Below are positions 46,364 through 56,201 of a stretch of DNA of 64,000 nucleotides, piece by piece; position 1 is the first letter of the stretch; every line of letters begins with the position of its first letter. The stretch is from an uncultured Chloroflexia bacterium (lineage in GTDB: Bacteria; Chloroflexota; Limnocylindria; QHBO01). Location of the stretch: the NCBI GenBank assembly GCA_963827475.1, contig CAWHAZ010000003.1, positions 17,032 to 81,031 of the forward strand, written 5' to 3'. The position numbers and the translations under genes are program-made. A model generated the notes under the pieces. The model was not told where the DNA came from. It did not search any database and worked only from the letters and a program-made list of their open reading frames with translations.

Positions 46364-47314
46364 CTAGAGCCAGCCCCTCCAGTGGGCAATCAGCAGGATG
46401 ACGGCGGACACGGCGGCGATCCCCATGACCGCGACCAGGAACAGCCCGTTCCCCTCGAAGATGGGTGACGAGAAGTTCATGCCGAAGATGCCGGCGATCA
46501 CGCTGGCGGGCAGGAGGGTAACCGAGACGACGGTGAGCACCCGGACGACGTCGTTCGTCCGCTGCGCGGTGCGGGTCATGACCAGGTCGAACGAGCCCAG
46601 GAGGAGCTGGCGGGCGTTCTCCACCGCGTCGATCGCCCGCTCCAGGCGGTCCAGGAGGCCCGGCCATGGGTCGGGACCGCCCGGCGTGATCCCCAGCTCG
46701 GGCCGGGCGAGGGCCGCGACGACACCGCGGTGTGGCACGAGGGCGCGTCGCAACCGGGCGACGCGCCGTCGAAGAATCGTGAGCTCCCGCACGAAGGATT
46801 GGCCGGGGGTCGCCCGCAGGGCGCGGTCGTCGAGGTGGTCGATATCGCGCTCGATCGCCTCGGTGGCGGCGAAGTAGGCACCCAGCAAGCCGTCGATGAG
46901 GAGGGCAACGAACGTGGCCGCGTCGAGCGCGCCGAGCTCCGACCGACCCTCCACCAGGTCGACGAAGTCGGCGAGCCCCGCCACCTCCTCGTCGCGGATG
47001 GTCAGCACCGTGTTGCCGCGGGCGAGGAGATCCACGCGCGCCGGCTTGTCCTCCGGCCCGTCGTCGCCCTGCGACAGGCCGAACACGACGAGGTGGACGA
47101 CATCGTCCAGCCGCATGAGGTCCGGCCGATCCGCGTCACCGGTCACGCGCTCGGAGGCGTTGCCGAATTCGAGCGCCGTGAGGGCTTCGGAAATGGATTC
47201 GTCGCGCGCCACGTCGACCCACAGCAGCTCGCGGCGTCCCGGTGAGCGGGGGAGGTCGTGGAGGTCCTCGATCTGTTCCTCATGCTGGCCGGCACGGAAC
47301 AGGCGGGCGATCAC
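46364..47314 (-). CDS. corA: CorA family magnesium/cobalt transporter
   Basis: 316 aa with two C-terminal TM helices and the GMN signature (IFGMNF). It has a GTG start. Confidence 0.92.
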   Translation of the reverse strand: MIARLFRAGQHEEQIEDLHDLPRSPGRRELLWVDVARDESISEALTALEFGNASERVTGDADRPDLMRLDDVVHLVVFGLSQGDDGPEDKPARVDLLARGNTVLTIRDEEVAGLADFVDLVEGRSELGALDAATFVALLIDGLLGAYFAATEAIERDIDHLDDRALRATPGQSFVRELTILRRRVARLRRALVPHRGVVAALARPELGITPGGPDPWPGLLDRLERAIDAVENARQLLLGSFDLVMTRTAQRTNDVVRVLTVVSVTLLPASVIAGIFGMNFSSPIFEGNGLFLVAVMGIAAVSAVILLIAHWRGWL

Positions 47315-47330
47315 CGGTGCAGGGTACCTG

Positions 47331-48587
47331 TCAGGCGGGTTCGGCGGCCTGGATCGGGTCTGACGGCGCTCGCTCCCGGCGTGCTAGGAACGAGAACGGG
47401 ATGACCGCCGCGCTGATGATCCCGGCGAACACGTACGAGGTCGCATAGCCGAACACGTCCGCGGATCGCCCGAGCAGCGGCTGCGCCACGACGCCACCAG
47501 CCGATCCCATGAGGGAGTCGAACGAGAGCACCGTCGCCCGCTGGTTGGACGGGATGACGCCGTTGATGAACGCCTGCTGCAGCGGTGAAACGAGCGCCAG
47601 GCGAGATGCACCAGGCTGCGAGCAGGGCGAGGGCGGCAACGAACTGGACGTCAAAGACCGATGACGTACCAGCAGGAGAGACGAGGCAATGGCGCCTCAG
47701 GATCAGGGCGTCCGTTCGACGGCGGAAGAAGCGGCGGAACCACGGGACGAGGGTCCCGCCCAGGATCTGGGCGCCGGCGACCATCGCCGCCGCCAGGCCG
47801 GCGACGCCGTAGGCGGTCGGGATCGCCGAACAGCTCGAGGAGATAGGGCTGCATCGCGTAGAAGGCGTAGATGCCTACGCCGGCGCTGAACGGCGCCGCG
47901 AGCATCAGCCAGCGGACGGGCGGGTTGCGGAGGCCGCCGTCGATGGCCCCGCTCACGACGTTCCGGACGGCCCCGATCGGGCTCGCGCCGCGCTGCGGCG
48001 TGAAGCCGATATCGCGCATGAACCACCAGGCGACAACGAAGGTCACGCCGAGCATCACGGCGCGAATGATGTACGGCACGCCGAGGTTCGTGAGCTGGGC
48101 CACGAAACCACCCAGGACGGATCCACTGAGCATCGCCGCCCCCGCCAACGATCTGGGCCCGGGCGAAGACCGACTCGAGGTTGCCGGTGAAATCGGAGGC
48201 GTGGAGGGCGTCGACCAGCCAGGCCTCCGTGGCGCCCGAGAAGAACGTGAACCCGAGCCCCAACAGGGCGGATGCGATCGCCCAACCCCAGAACGGCGCG
48301 TCGATATTCCACATCAGCAGATAGAGGAGGGTGGACACGAGGAGGGTGCCTGCCCCGAGGAGGAAGGAGAACCGACGGCCACGGGTATCGGCCACGACCC
48401 CGGTGGGCACCTCGAAGATGACCTGGCCGAGGGTGAAGAAGGCGTTCGCCGTAAAGGCCTCCGTGTTGCTCAGGCCCGCGTCGAGCAAGAAGAGGGTATT
48501 GATCCCCCAGATGAACGACGCGGCGAGCGTCGTCAGCAGGGTCAGGACCAGGAAGGTGCGCTGGACGACGCGGGCCTGATCGGTCAC
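47331..48587 (-). pseudogene. MFS transporter remnant, broken by at least three and probably five frame changes
   Basis: Conserved-looking pieces lie in different frames. These are ORF 47703..48587 (N-terminus to ...FARAQIVGG), ORF 47651..48148 (AAMLSGSVLGGFVAQ...LLELFGDP), ORF 47311..47784 (AMVAGAQILGGTLVPWF...) and ORF 47331..47654 (...LQQAFINGVIPSNQRATVLSFDSLMGSAGGVVAQP...). The junctions lie near 48139-48143, 47818, 47690, 47665 and 47600. Confidence 0.8.
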
Positions 48588-48627
48588 CGCGTCACGGTAC
48601 CCGACCGCTCCGTGACCCGCCCGAGGC

Positions 48628-49617
48628 TCAGAAGGTGATCACGACCTTGCCCCGGGCCCGTCCCTCGTCGACGTACCGGAGCGCCTCGACCACCTCGCTC
48701 AACGGATACACCCGGTCGATGACCGGCTTCACCTTTCCGCTTGCCACCAGCTCGAGCAGCGTCGCGACGTCGTCCGCGTCGAACGGCTTCCACCACAGTA
48801 GGAGGCCGCTCCACCGGTCGCTGAACCGCGAGATCATCGGTCCGATCACCAGCGCGCTGAAGATCGGCAGGGTGTCCCCGCCCAGGGTGACGTAGACCCC
48901 ACCCGGGGCGAGTGCCCGGCGGATGGCGAAGATCGAATGGTGCGAGTCGGTGTCCACGATCCAGTCGTACCGCTCCCCGTTCCGGGTGTAGTTCACTTGC
49001 GTGTAGTCGAGCACGTGGTCCGCGCCGAGCGACCGGACGAGGTCCACCTTTGAGGTCTGACACACCCCGGTCACCTCCGCCCCCCACGCCCTGGCGATCT
49101 GGACCGCAAACGGACCGACATTGCCCGATGCGCCCCCGATGAGCACCCGGTCACCCGGGCCCACCGTTCTCCCGTTTCGCCGTCTCAGTCCCTGGAGCGC
49201 GAGGATCGCGGAGTGCGGCAGCGTAGCCGCCTCTTCGAACGTCATGCCTGCCGGTTTCCGGGCAAACACCCGCTCGGAAGCACACGCGTACTCGGCGAAC
49301 GCCGTCTGGCTGGCGAACAGGTCCCCGAACACCTCATCCCCAGGCCGGAATCGGGCGGCGGTCGACCCGACGGCCTCCACGACCCCGGCGGCGTCGATGC
49401 CGACGCGCCGAATCTTTGGCGCCCGCAGACCGATGAACAGGCGAACGAATCCCGGCCGTGGACGTATCCCATCGAGATCGGCGCGGTTGACCGATGCGGC
49501 ACGTACGCGAACGAGAATCTCGTCGTCTACTGGCACCGGGCGTTCGATCTCCCGCAGCTCGACGACGTCCGGCGAGCCATATCGGTCCTTGAACGCCGCC
49601 TTCATCAAGGGGGCCAT
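48628..49617 (-). CDS. medium-chain dehydrogenase/reductase family oxidoreductase (quinone oxidoreductase-like)
   Basis: 329 aa with a GroES-like N-terminal domain and a Rossmann motif (IGGASGNVGPFAVQIA). Confidence 0.88.
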   Translation of the reverse strand: MAPLMKAAFKDRYGSPDVVELREIERPVPVDDEILVRVRAASVNRADLDGIRPRPGFVRLFIGLRAPKIRRVGIDAAGVVEAVGSTAARFRPGDEVFGDLFASQTAFAEYACASERVFARKPAGMTFEEAATLPHSAILALQGLRRRNGRTVGPGDRVLIGGASGNVGPFAVQIARAWGAEVTGVCQTSKVDLVRSLGADHVLDYTQVNYTRNGERYDWIVDTDSHHSIFAIRRALAPGGVYVTLGGDTLPIFSALVIGPMISRFSDRWSGLLLWWKPFDADDVATLLELVASGKVKPVIDRVYPLSEVVEALRYVDEGRARGKVVITF

Positions 49618-49734
49618 GGTCGTTCAGACCCTACTCCGGGTGCCGCACGGGCTGCCGGGGCACGAGTCTGAGGACCTCGCGCGCCACCTGCGGCGGATCG
49701 AGCAGGCGCCGTCCTGATGGCGTAGCGTTGGGCC

Positions 49735-50205
49735 GTGAGCCGGGACGTCGAGGATCAGAACCGGAGCCTCCTGCGCGCCCGCGACGCCATGGACCGCGCG
49801 TACGCCGAGCCACTCGACATCCGCGCGGTGGCCGCGGTGGCCCATGTCTCCCCCGCGCACTTCATCCGCAGCTTCCGCGCCGTCTTCGGGGAGACGCCAC
49901 ATCGGTACCTCCAGCGGAGACGGGTCGAGCGCTCGATGTTCCTCCTGCGCGAGACCAATCGCAGCGTCACCGACATCTGTCTCGACGTTGGCTTCAACAG
50001 CCTGGGGACGTTCAGCCGCACGTTTCGGGAGATCGTGGGTGAGACGCCCTCGGCCTACCGAGAGGGGCACGGACCGATGATTGCGCCCAACTGCTTCCAG
50101 ATGGCGGCCACCCGGCCGTGGGCCGCTCCCCGTCCAGCCCCGCGGGTCACGCCGCAATCGAGCAGTTTTGGAGAAGCGGCCGAGCCTGCCGCTGCCGTAG
50201 CGTGA
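49735..50205 (+). CDS. AraC family transcriptional regulator (HTH domain only)
   Basis: It has IRAVAAVAHVSPAHFIRSFRAVFGETPHRYLQRRRVERS and DICLDVGFNSLGTFSRTFREIVGETPSAY. Confidence 0.85.
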   Translation: MSRDVEDQNRSLLRARDAMDRAYAEPLDIRAVAAVAHVSPAHFIRSFRAVFGETPHRYLQRRRVERSMFLLRETNRSVTDICLDVGFNSLGTFSRTFREIVGETPSAYREGHGPMIAPNCFQMAATRPWAAPRPAPRVTPQSSSFGEAAEPAAAVA

Positions 50206-50240
50206 CGGCATCCCCGTAGGAACCCTGCAAGGAGAACGAC

Positions 50241-50717
50241 ATGGCTGAGAAGCGGACGGCGACGAAGGCTGCGAAAAAGCCGACCAAGCGCACGGACGAC
50301 GCCGTCACTCAATGGACCGACGAAGAAATCGCCGCGATGCAGGAGCACGCCAGGGAGCTGAAGAAGGCCAAGACCGGCAAACCAGACGGTGAGAGTGACC
50401 TGCTCGCGAAGATCGCCGAGATGCCGGACTCGGATCGGGCCATCGCCGAACGGATCCACGCGGTCATCACCGCCGCTGCGCCCGACCTCGCGCCGAGGAC
50501 CTATTACGGGATGCCCGCCTATGCCAAGGACGGCAAGGTCCTCTGCTTCTTCCAGCCCGCGGCGAAGTTCAAGGCGCGGTACGCGACTCTGGGCTTCGAA
50601 GGCGGCGCGAACCTCGACGACGGCACGATGTGGCCGACGTCGTGGGCGCTGACGAAGCTGACGCCGGCCGTCGAGGCGAAGATCGCCGCCCTCGTGAAGC
50701 AGGCGGTGAGCAAATGA
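50241..50717 (+). CDS. DUF1801 (YdhG-like) domain protein with a basic N-terminal tail
   Basis: An AAGGAGA ribosome-binding site lies 8 nt upstream. The core [32 protein letters not shown] is typical of DUF1801 from memory. Confidence 0.65.
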   Translation: MAEKRTATKAAKKPTKRTDDAVTQWTDEEIAAMQEHARELKKAKTGKPDGESDLLAKIAEMPDSDRAIAERIHAVITAAAPDLAPRTYYGMPAYAKDGKVLCFFQPAAKFKARYATLGFEGGANLDDGTMWPTSWALTKLTPAVEAKIAALVKQAVSK

Positions 50718-51148
50718 CCACCAAGCTCGCCGTCACATCGGTCAAGGTCCTCGACCAGGAGGAGGCGCTCGACTTCTATGTCAACAAGCTCGGGCTGGAG
50801 AAGGCCCAGGACATCAGGCAGGGCCCGTTCCGCTGGCTGACCGTGCGGTTTCCCGACAACCCCGACGTCGAGATCTTCCTGGAGGAGCCCGGTCCGCCGG
50901 TCCACGACGAGGCCACCGCGGCACAGCTGCGTGAGCTCATCACCAAGGGGGCCATGGGCTCGCTGGTGTTCTACACCGACGACGCGCACGGCCTGTACGA
51001 AACGCTCAAGGAGCGCGGCGTGACCGACTTCACCCAGGAGCCGATCGAGCACGGCTACGGCATCGACCTGGGGATCCGGGACCCCTTCGGCAACGCCATC
51101 CGGATCCTCCAGCCGGCCAAGGCTGCCCGTGCGGCGGCAACGACCTGA
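50714..51148 (+). CDS. VOC (glyoxalase/bleomycin-resistance fold) family protein
   Basis: It starts at the ATG overlapping the previous stop (ATGA). It has [19 protein letters not shown] and [11 protein letters not shown]. Confidence 0.8.
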   Translation: MTTKLAVTSVKVLDQEEALDFYVNKLGLEKAQDIRQGPFRWLTVRFPDNPDVEIFLEEPGPPVHDEATAAQLRELITKGAMGSLVFYTDDAHGLYETLKERGVTDFTQEPIEHGYGIDLGIRDPFGNAIRILQPAKAARAAATT

Positions 51149-51162
51149 CCGATCCGCCGAGC

Positions 51163-53520
51163 TTGAACGAGCAGCCGCCCGCCTGGGGCGCCATCCAGAT
51201 CCGCGGCGCGCGGGAGAACAACCTCCGCGACGTCAGCCTCGACATCCCGAAGCGGCAGCTGACGGTCTTCACCGGCGTGTCGGGCTCCGGCAAGAGCTCG
51301 CTGGTCTTCGAGACGATCGCCGCGGAGTCGCGCCGGCTGATCAACGAGACCTACACCGCGTTCGTCCAGGGCTTCATGGCCACCCCGGCGCGGCCGGACG
51401 TCGACTCGCTGGAGGGGCTGACGGCGGCGATCAGCGTGGACCAGGAGCGGATGGGCGCCAACCCGCGGTCGACGGTCGGCACCGTCACCGATGCCCACGC
51501 GATGCTCAGGATCATCTTCAGTCGCCTTGGAAAGCCGAAGATCGGGCCGGCAAGCGCGTTCAGCTTCAACCTGCCGGCTGGATCGGTCGCCGGCACCGTC
51601 ACCCTCGAGCGCAGCAGCGATGCGCAACCGGAATACCAGGAGCACGCGATCTACGGCGGCATGTGCGCCGAGTGCGAGGGACTGGGCCGAGTCTCGAGCG
51701 TCGACGTCGATGCGCTGGTGGATCGCGATAAGAGCCTCAACGAGGGCGCGATCACGTTTCCGGGGTTCAAGGTCGGAGGCTGGATGGTGCGGGCCTACGC
51801 CGAGTCCGGTCTCTTCCCCGCCGACAAGCCACTCCGCGACTTCACCGACGCCCAGTGGCAGCGCCTCCTCTATGGACCGGACACGAAAGTCAAGGTCCAG
51901 GGCATCAACCTCACTTACCAGGGCCTCGTCGACCGGATCCGGAGGGCGTACCTGGTCAAGGACGTGGATTCGCTCCAGCCGAACATCCGGGCGGCCGTGG
52001 AGCGGATCGCGACGCACGGTCCGTGCCCGGAATGTGGCGGCACGCGGCTCAACGAGCTGGCGCGCTCCTCGAAGATCGGCGGCACATCCATCGCCGACGC
52101 CGCGGCGATGCAGATCAGCGACCTGGTCGAGTGGGTGCGCGGCATCGACGCGCCGGGCGCGAAGCCGGCGCTCGAGCAGCTCTCGACCGTCTTGGGCCAC
52201 TTCGTCACGATCGGGCTCGGCTACCTGAGCCTGGAACGCGAGTCGTCGACGCTCTCCGGCGGCGAGTCGCAACGGACGCGGATGGTCCGGCACCTCGGCT
52301 CGGCGCTGACCGACGTGACGTACGTGTTCGACGAGCCGACGATCGGCCTGCATGCCCACGACGTCCAGCAGATGAACGGGTTGCTGCGGGAGCTGCGGGA
52401 CAAGGGCAACACCGTCCTGGTGGTGGAGCACGAGCCGGATGTCATGGCCATCGCCGACCACATCGTCGACATGGGGCCGGGCCCCGGTGTTCACGGCGGA
52501 GAGATCGTCTACGAGGGCTCGTTCGAGGGCCTGCGGGGATCGGAAACCGTCACCGGCGAGCACCTCGAGGTGCGCCAGGCGGTCAAGACATCGGTCCGGA
52601 CGCCCATCGGTCACATCCCGATCCGCCACGCGAGCCTCCACAACCTGCAGGACGTCTCGGTCGACGTGCCTACCGGCGTGCTGGTCGCCGTCACCGGCGT
52701 TGCCGGCTCCGGCAAGAGCTCGCTCATCCACGGCTGCATGCCCCGGACCAATCCATCGGTCACCGTGATCGACCAGTCGGCGATTCGTGGCTCGCGACGG
52801 TCCAATCCGGCGACCTACACCGGCATCCTGGAGCCGATCCGGAAAGCCTTCGCGACGGCCAACAAGGTCAAGCCGGCCCTGTTCAGCGCGAACTCGGAGG
52901 GCGCCTGCCCCGAATGCAAGGGCCTCGGCATGATCTACACGGACCTGGCGTTCATGGCGGGCGTGGTGTCTGTCTGCGAGGCCTGCGAGGGACGCCGGTT
53001 CAACGACGACGTGCTGGGCTACCGCCTCCGCGGGAAGAACATCGCCGATGTCCTCGACATGTCGGTCGAGGATGCGGCGGCCTTCTTCACCGAAAAGCCG
53101 GTCCGGGTCATGCTCGACCGCCTCCTCGACGTCGGGCTCGGGTACATCACCCTCGGGCAGATGCTGAACACGCTGTCCGGCGGCGAACGCCAGCGCCTGA
53201 AGCTCGCGATCGAGATCTCCGGCGACAGCGAGGTCTACGTCCTCGACGAGCCGACGACCGGGCTCCACATGCAGGACGTCGACAACCTCATCGGCCTCCT
53301 CGACCGATTGGTGGAGTCAGGGCGGACGGTGATCGTCATCGAGCACAACCTCGACGTCGTGGTGCGAGCCGACTGGGTCATCGACCTGGGCCCCGGAGCG
53401 GGGCGCGACGGCGGGCGCGTGATCTTTGAGGGGCGGCCGTCGGAGCTCATCCGCGCCGAGGGGTCGCTGACCGGCGAGCACCTCCGGCGTCGCGTCGAGG
53501 AGCCGGTCGCGGCGGCTTGA
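51163..53520 (+). CDS. UvrA-like ABC ATPase (UvrA paralog lacking the UvrB-binding domain)
   Basis: 785 aa with two ABC modules (GVSGSGKSS / LSGGESQR; GVAGSGKSS / LSGGERQR) and Zn modules (CAECEGLG, CPECGGTR, CPECKGLG, CEACEGRRF). By my recollection this is shorter than canonical UvrA. Confidence 0.9.
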   Translation: MNEQPPAWGAIQIRGARENNLRDVSLDIPKRQLTVFTGVSGSGKSSLVFETIAAESRRLINETYTAFVQGFMATPARPDVDSLEGLTAAISVDQERMGANPRSTVGTVTDAHAMLRIIFSRLGKPKIGPASAFSFNLPAGSVAGTVTLERSSDAQPEYQEHAIYGGMCAECEGLGRVSSVDVDALVDRDKSLNEGAITFPGFKVGGWMVRAYAESGLFPADKPLRDFTDAQWQRLLYGPDTKVKVQGINLTYQGLVDRIRRAYLVKDVDSLQPNIRAAVERIATHGPCPECGGTRLNELARSSKIGGTSIADAAAMQISDLVEWVRGIDAPGAKPALEQLSTVLGHFVTIGLGYLSLERESSTLSGGESQRTRMVRHLGSALTDVTYVFDEPTIGLHAHDVQQMNGLLRELRDKGNTVLVVEHEPDVMAIADHIVDMGPGPGVHGGEIVYEGSFEGLRGSETVTGEHLEVRQAVKTSVRTPIGHIPIRHASLHNLQDVSVDVPTGVLVAVTGVAGSGKSSLIHGCMPRTNPSVTVIDQSAIRGSRRSNPATYTGILEPIRKAFATANKVKPALFSANSEGACPECKGLGMIYTDLAFMAGVVSVCEACEGRRFNDDVLGYRLRGKNIADVLDMSVEDAAAFFTEKPVRVMLDRLLDVGLGYITLGQMLNTLSGGERQRLKLAIEISGDSEVYVLDEPTTGLHMQDVDNLIGLLDRLVESGRTVIVIEHNLDVVVRADWVIDLGPGAGRDGGRVIFEGRPSELIRAEGSLTGEHLRRRVEEPVAAA

Positions 53521-53546
53521 GCCGAGGGTCGCGCGTCAGGGCGAGG

Positions 53547-53621
53547 TGGCTCCGGCGGTAGGATTCGAACCTACGACCAAGCGGTTAACAGCCGCCCGCT
53601 CTACCACTGAGCTACGCCGGA
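53547..53621 (-). tRNA. tRNA-Asn (anticodon GTT), CCA encoded
   Basis: Hand-folded cloverleaf: TCCGGCG/CGCCGGA acceptor, anticodon loop CTGTTAA, T-loop TTCGAAT. Confidence 0.93.
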
Positions 53622-53676
53622 ACGCCGGCGGATTATAGGCCGATGGGCGGCGAGATCCGGAAATCCAGCCGGTCGA

Positions 53677-53862
53677 TCAGGCCGACTCGGCGTACTCGGC
53701 CGGATGGTCGGAACGGTCCTTCGCCTTCGTCCGCTCCATGATGTCGAGGGTTTCGGCCACCGATCGGCCGTTTTCCTCGGCTGCCGCTTCGATGTCCTCG
53801 TAGCGGATGTTGTGCTCCCCCATCTCGAGGTGAGCCTGCATACAGCCACAGGTCAGGCACAT
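53677..53862 (-). CDS. hypothetical 61-aa protein with an N-terminal MCLTCGC motif
   Basis: GGAGG lies 8 nt upstream of the ATG at 53860-53862, and an alternative ATG lies at 53901. GC3 is high. It is on the same strand as rpoD and just downstream of it. Confidence 0.55.
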   Translation of the reverse strand: MCLTCGCMQAHLEMGEHNIRYEDIEAAAEENGRSVAETLDIMERTKAKDRSDHPAEYAESA

Positions 53863-53967
53863 CGGTGTCGCCTCCGAAGTTGCGAGTGCTGTTCGGAGCA
53901 TGCGCCCCGGGCCGCAGTTGCGGCCTATCGGCCCCCAGGGAACTCCTTGCAGCCGCCTGGCAACGGA

Positions 53968-56199
53968 CTACTCCAGGTAGTCCTTCAGCTTGCGACTTCG
54001 GCTCGGGTGCCGGAGCTTGCGCAGGGCCTTGGCTTCGATCTGGCGGATCCGCTCGCGGGTCACGTTGAAGTCGCGGCCTACCTCCTCGAGGGTCCGTGAC
54101 CTTCCGTCCTCCAGGCCGAAGCGGAGCTGGAGGACGCGCCGTTCGCGCGGTGTGAGCGAGTCGAGCACACCCTCCACCTGCTCCTTGAGCAGCTGGTGCG
54201 AGGCAGCATCCGCGGGCGCGACCGAAGCCAGGTCCGGGATGAAGTCGCCCAGGTGGGAGTCCTCCTCCTCGCCGATCGGCGTCTCGAGGCTGACCGGCTC
54301 CTGGGAGACCTTCATGATCTCGCGAACCTTCTCCGGGCTCACCGTCTGCGGCCCAGCCGCCTCGCGCTTGTCGACCTCGGCCTCGGTCGGCTCGCGCTCG
54401 AGCTTGTCGCGCAGCTCGCGGACGATCTCGTCGCGGCTCATCCGCCGCGCGATCTCCTCCACCGTCGGCTCGCGCCCGAGCTCCTGGAGCAGGGTGCGGC
54501 TGACCCGGATCAGGCGGTTGATGGTCTCCACCATGTGGACCGGGATCCGGATCGTCCGGGCCTGGTCGGCGATGGCGCGGGTGATCGCCTGCCGGATCCA
54601 CCACGTCGCATAGGTCGAGAACTTGAAGCCCTTCTCGTACTCGAACTTCTCGACCGCCCGGATGAGGCCGATGTTCCCCTCCTGGATGAGGTCGAGGAAG
54701 CTCATCCCCCGCCCGATGTACTTCTTCGCGATGCTGACCACGAGCCGGAGGTTGGCCTCGGTCAGCCGGCGGCGGCCATCGGTGCTCTGCTCGACGAGGC
54801 GACCGGTGCGCCGCTCGAGCGGGACCTCCGGCGGGATGGCCGGGTCGTAGCCCATGGACTTCATGTACTCGGCGTCGTGGCCGGCCTCGATGTAGGCCCG
54901 GGTGATCCCTTGTGCGGTTTCACGCGCCCAGCGCTCGAGACCGTACAGCTCTTCCTTCCCGGGCTGTTCGAGGACCTTGAACCGATAGGTGTGACCGAAC
55001 AGCACTGCGTCCTTCAGCGCCTGGCCCGGGTCGGTCGCCACCGACTTCAGGAGCGACTCGGCCTCGAGGATCCGCTGACGGCCTTCGTCATCGAGTTCCG
55101 GGTCACGCCGCGCCTTCGTGAACCGGATGTTCGGCCGCTCGATGAGGTTCTTCTTCCTCTTCACCCACCAGTCGATCGCGTCGAGCGTGACGTGGGGCGA
55201 ATCCTGGGGCAGGTCGAAGGCGCGCATGGCGGCCATCGCCCGCGCCTTCGGCTCCGAGTTCAGGGTGACCCAGGTGTACAGGTTGGTCATCGCCCGCCCG
55301 GGGTCCTCGATCGCCAGCTCCCCGAGCTCGATGGCCTTGGCCAGGACGACCTCCTCCTCGGCGGTGAGCAGGGCGACCTTGCCGATCTCCTTGAGGTACA
55401 TCCGGACCGGGTCGTCGATGCCGATCAGGTCGGCGGCGAGCGCCTCGAGGTCCTCCTCGGGTTCCTTCTCGGCCTTGCCTTCCGCCTCTTCCTCGCCGGG
55501 TAGCGAGACGGCGACGTCGTCGGCGGGCTCGCTGAACGTGGGCTGGTTCTCCGCGTCGAAGACCTCGACCCCCTGCTCCTCGGCACCGGCGAACAGGTCC
55601 TCGACCGCCTCGAGGTTCGTCTCCGGGCTCGGAACGGCAGCCAGAATCTGGTCGTGGGTGATGAACCCGTCCTCGCGGCCGTGGGACAGGAGATCCTCGA
55701 CAGCCGACGCCGCTTCCGGCGAAGCCTCGGACGAGATCGGCGTGGACGAGGCCTTTGTGGCCTTCCCCGACTTGCGAGCGGCCGGCCCGGTTGGCACCGC
55801 GCCCTTGGCAGCGCCCTTCGAGGAGGTGACCTTCGTCGCCGTAGCCGTAGCCGTGGCCGTGGAGCCTGTGGCCTTGGTGGTCGTGGTCCTGGCCGGGGCC
55901 GCCGTCTTCGCCGGGGCAGCCTTTGCCGGGGCAGCAGCCTTCGCTGCAGCTGCCTTGGCGGTGGTCGGCTTCTCGGTCTTCGGTGCTGCCTTCAGTGTGG
56001 CCTTCGTCGCCGCCGACGCGGTACTCACCGCCTTGGCCGGTGGCTTGGCTGGCGCCTTGGCCGAGGCGGCCCTGGCCGCGGTCGCCTTCATCGGTGCGGC
56101 CTTCGTCGCCGCCGTCTTGGCTGACGCCGTCTTCTCAGGTGCCTTGGTTTCGGCCTTCGCGGACTTGGCCGGCTCACGGGTTGGGGTCTTCACCGCCAC
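53968..56199 (-). CDS. rpoD: primary (group 1) RNA polymerase sigma factor with long lineage-specific insertions
   Basis: It has region 1.2 ([11 protein letters not shown]), regions 2.1-2.4 ([12 protein letters not shown]...[16 protein letters not shown]), region 3 and region 4.2 ([32 protein letters not shown]). The GTG start lies 2 nt after the dnaG stop. Confidence 0.95.
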   Translation of the reverse strand: MAVKTPTREPAKSAKAETKAPEKTASAKTAATKAAPMKATAARAASAKAPAKPPAKAVSTASAATKATLKAAPKTEKPTTAKAAAAKAAAPAKAAPAKTAAPARTTTTKATGSTATATATATKVTSSKGAAKGAVPTGPAARKSGKATKASSTPISSEASPEAASAVEDLLSHGREDGFITHDQILAAVPSPETNLEAVEDLFAGAEEQGVEVFDAENQPTFSEPADDVAVSLPGEEEAEGKAEKEPEEDLEALAADLIGIDDPVRMYLKEIGKVALLTAEEEVVLAKAIELGELAIEDPGRAMTNLYTWVTLNSEPKARAMAAMRAFDLPQDSPHVTLDAIDWWVKRKKNLIERPNIRFTKARRDPELDDEGRQRILEAESLLKSVATDPGQALKDAVLFGHTYRFKVLEQPGKEELYGLERWARETAQGITRAYIEAGHDAEYMKSMGYDPAIPPEVPLERRTGRLVEQSTDGRRRLTEANLRLVVSIAKKYIGRGMSFLDLIQEGNIGLIRAVEKFEYEKGFKFSTYATWWIRQAITRAIADQARTIRIPVHMVETINRLIRVSRTLLQELGREPTVEEIARRMSRDEIVRELRDKLEREPTEAEVDKREAAGPQTVSPEKVREIMKVSQEPVSLETPIGEEEDSHLGDFIPDLASVAPADAASHQLLKEQVEGVLDSLTPRERRVLQLRFGLEDGRSRTLEEVGRDFNVTRERIRQIEAKALRKLRHPSRSRKLKDYLE

Positions 56200-56201
56200 G
56201 T

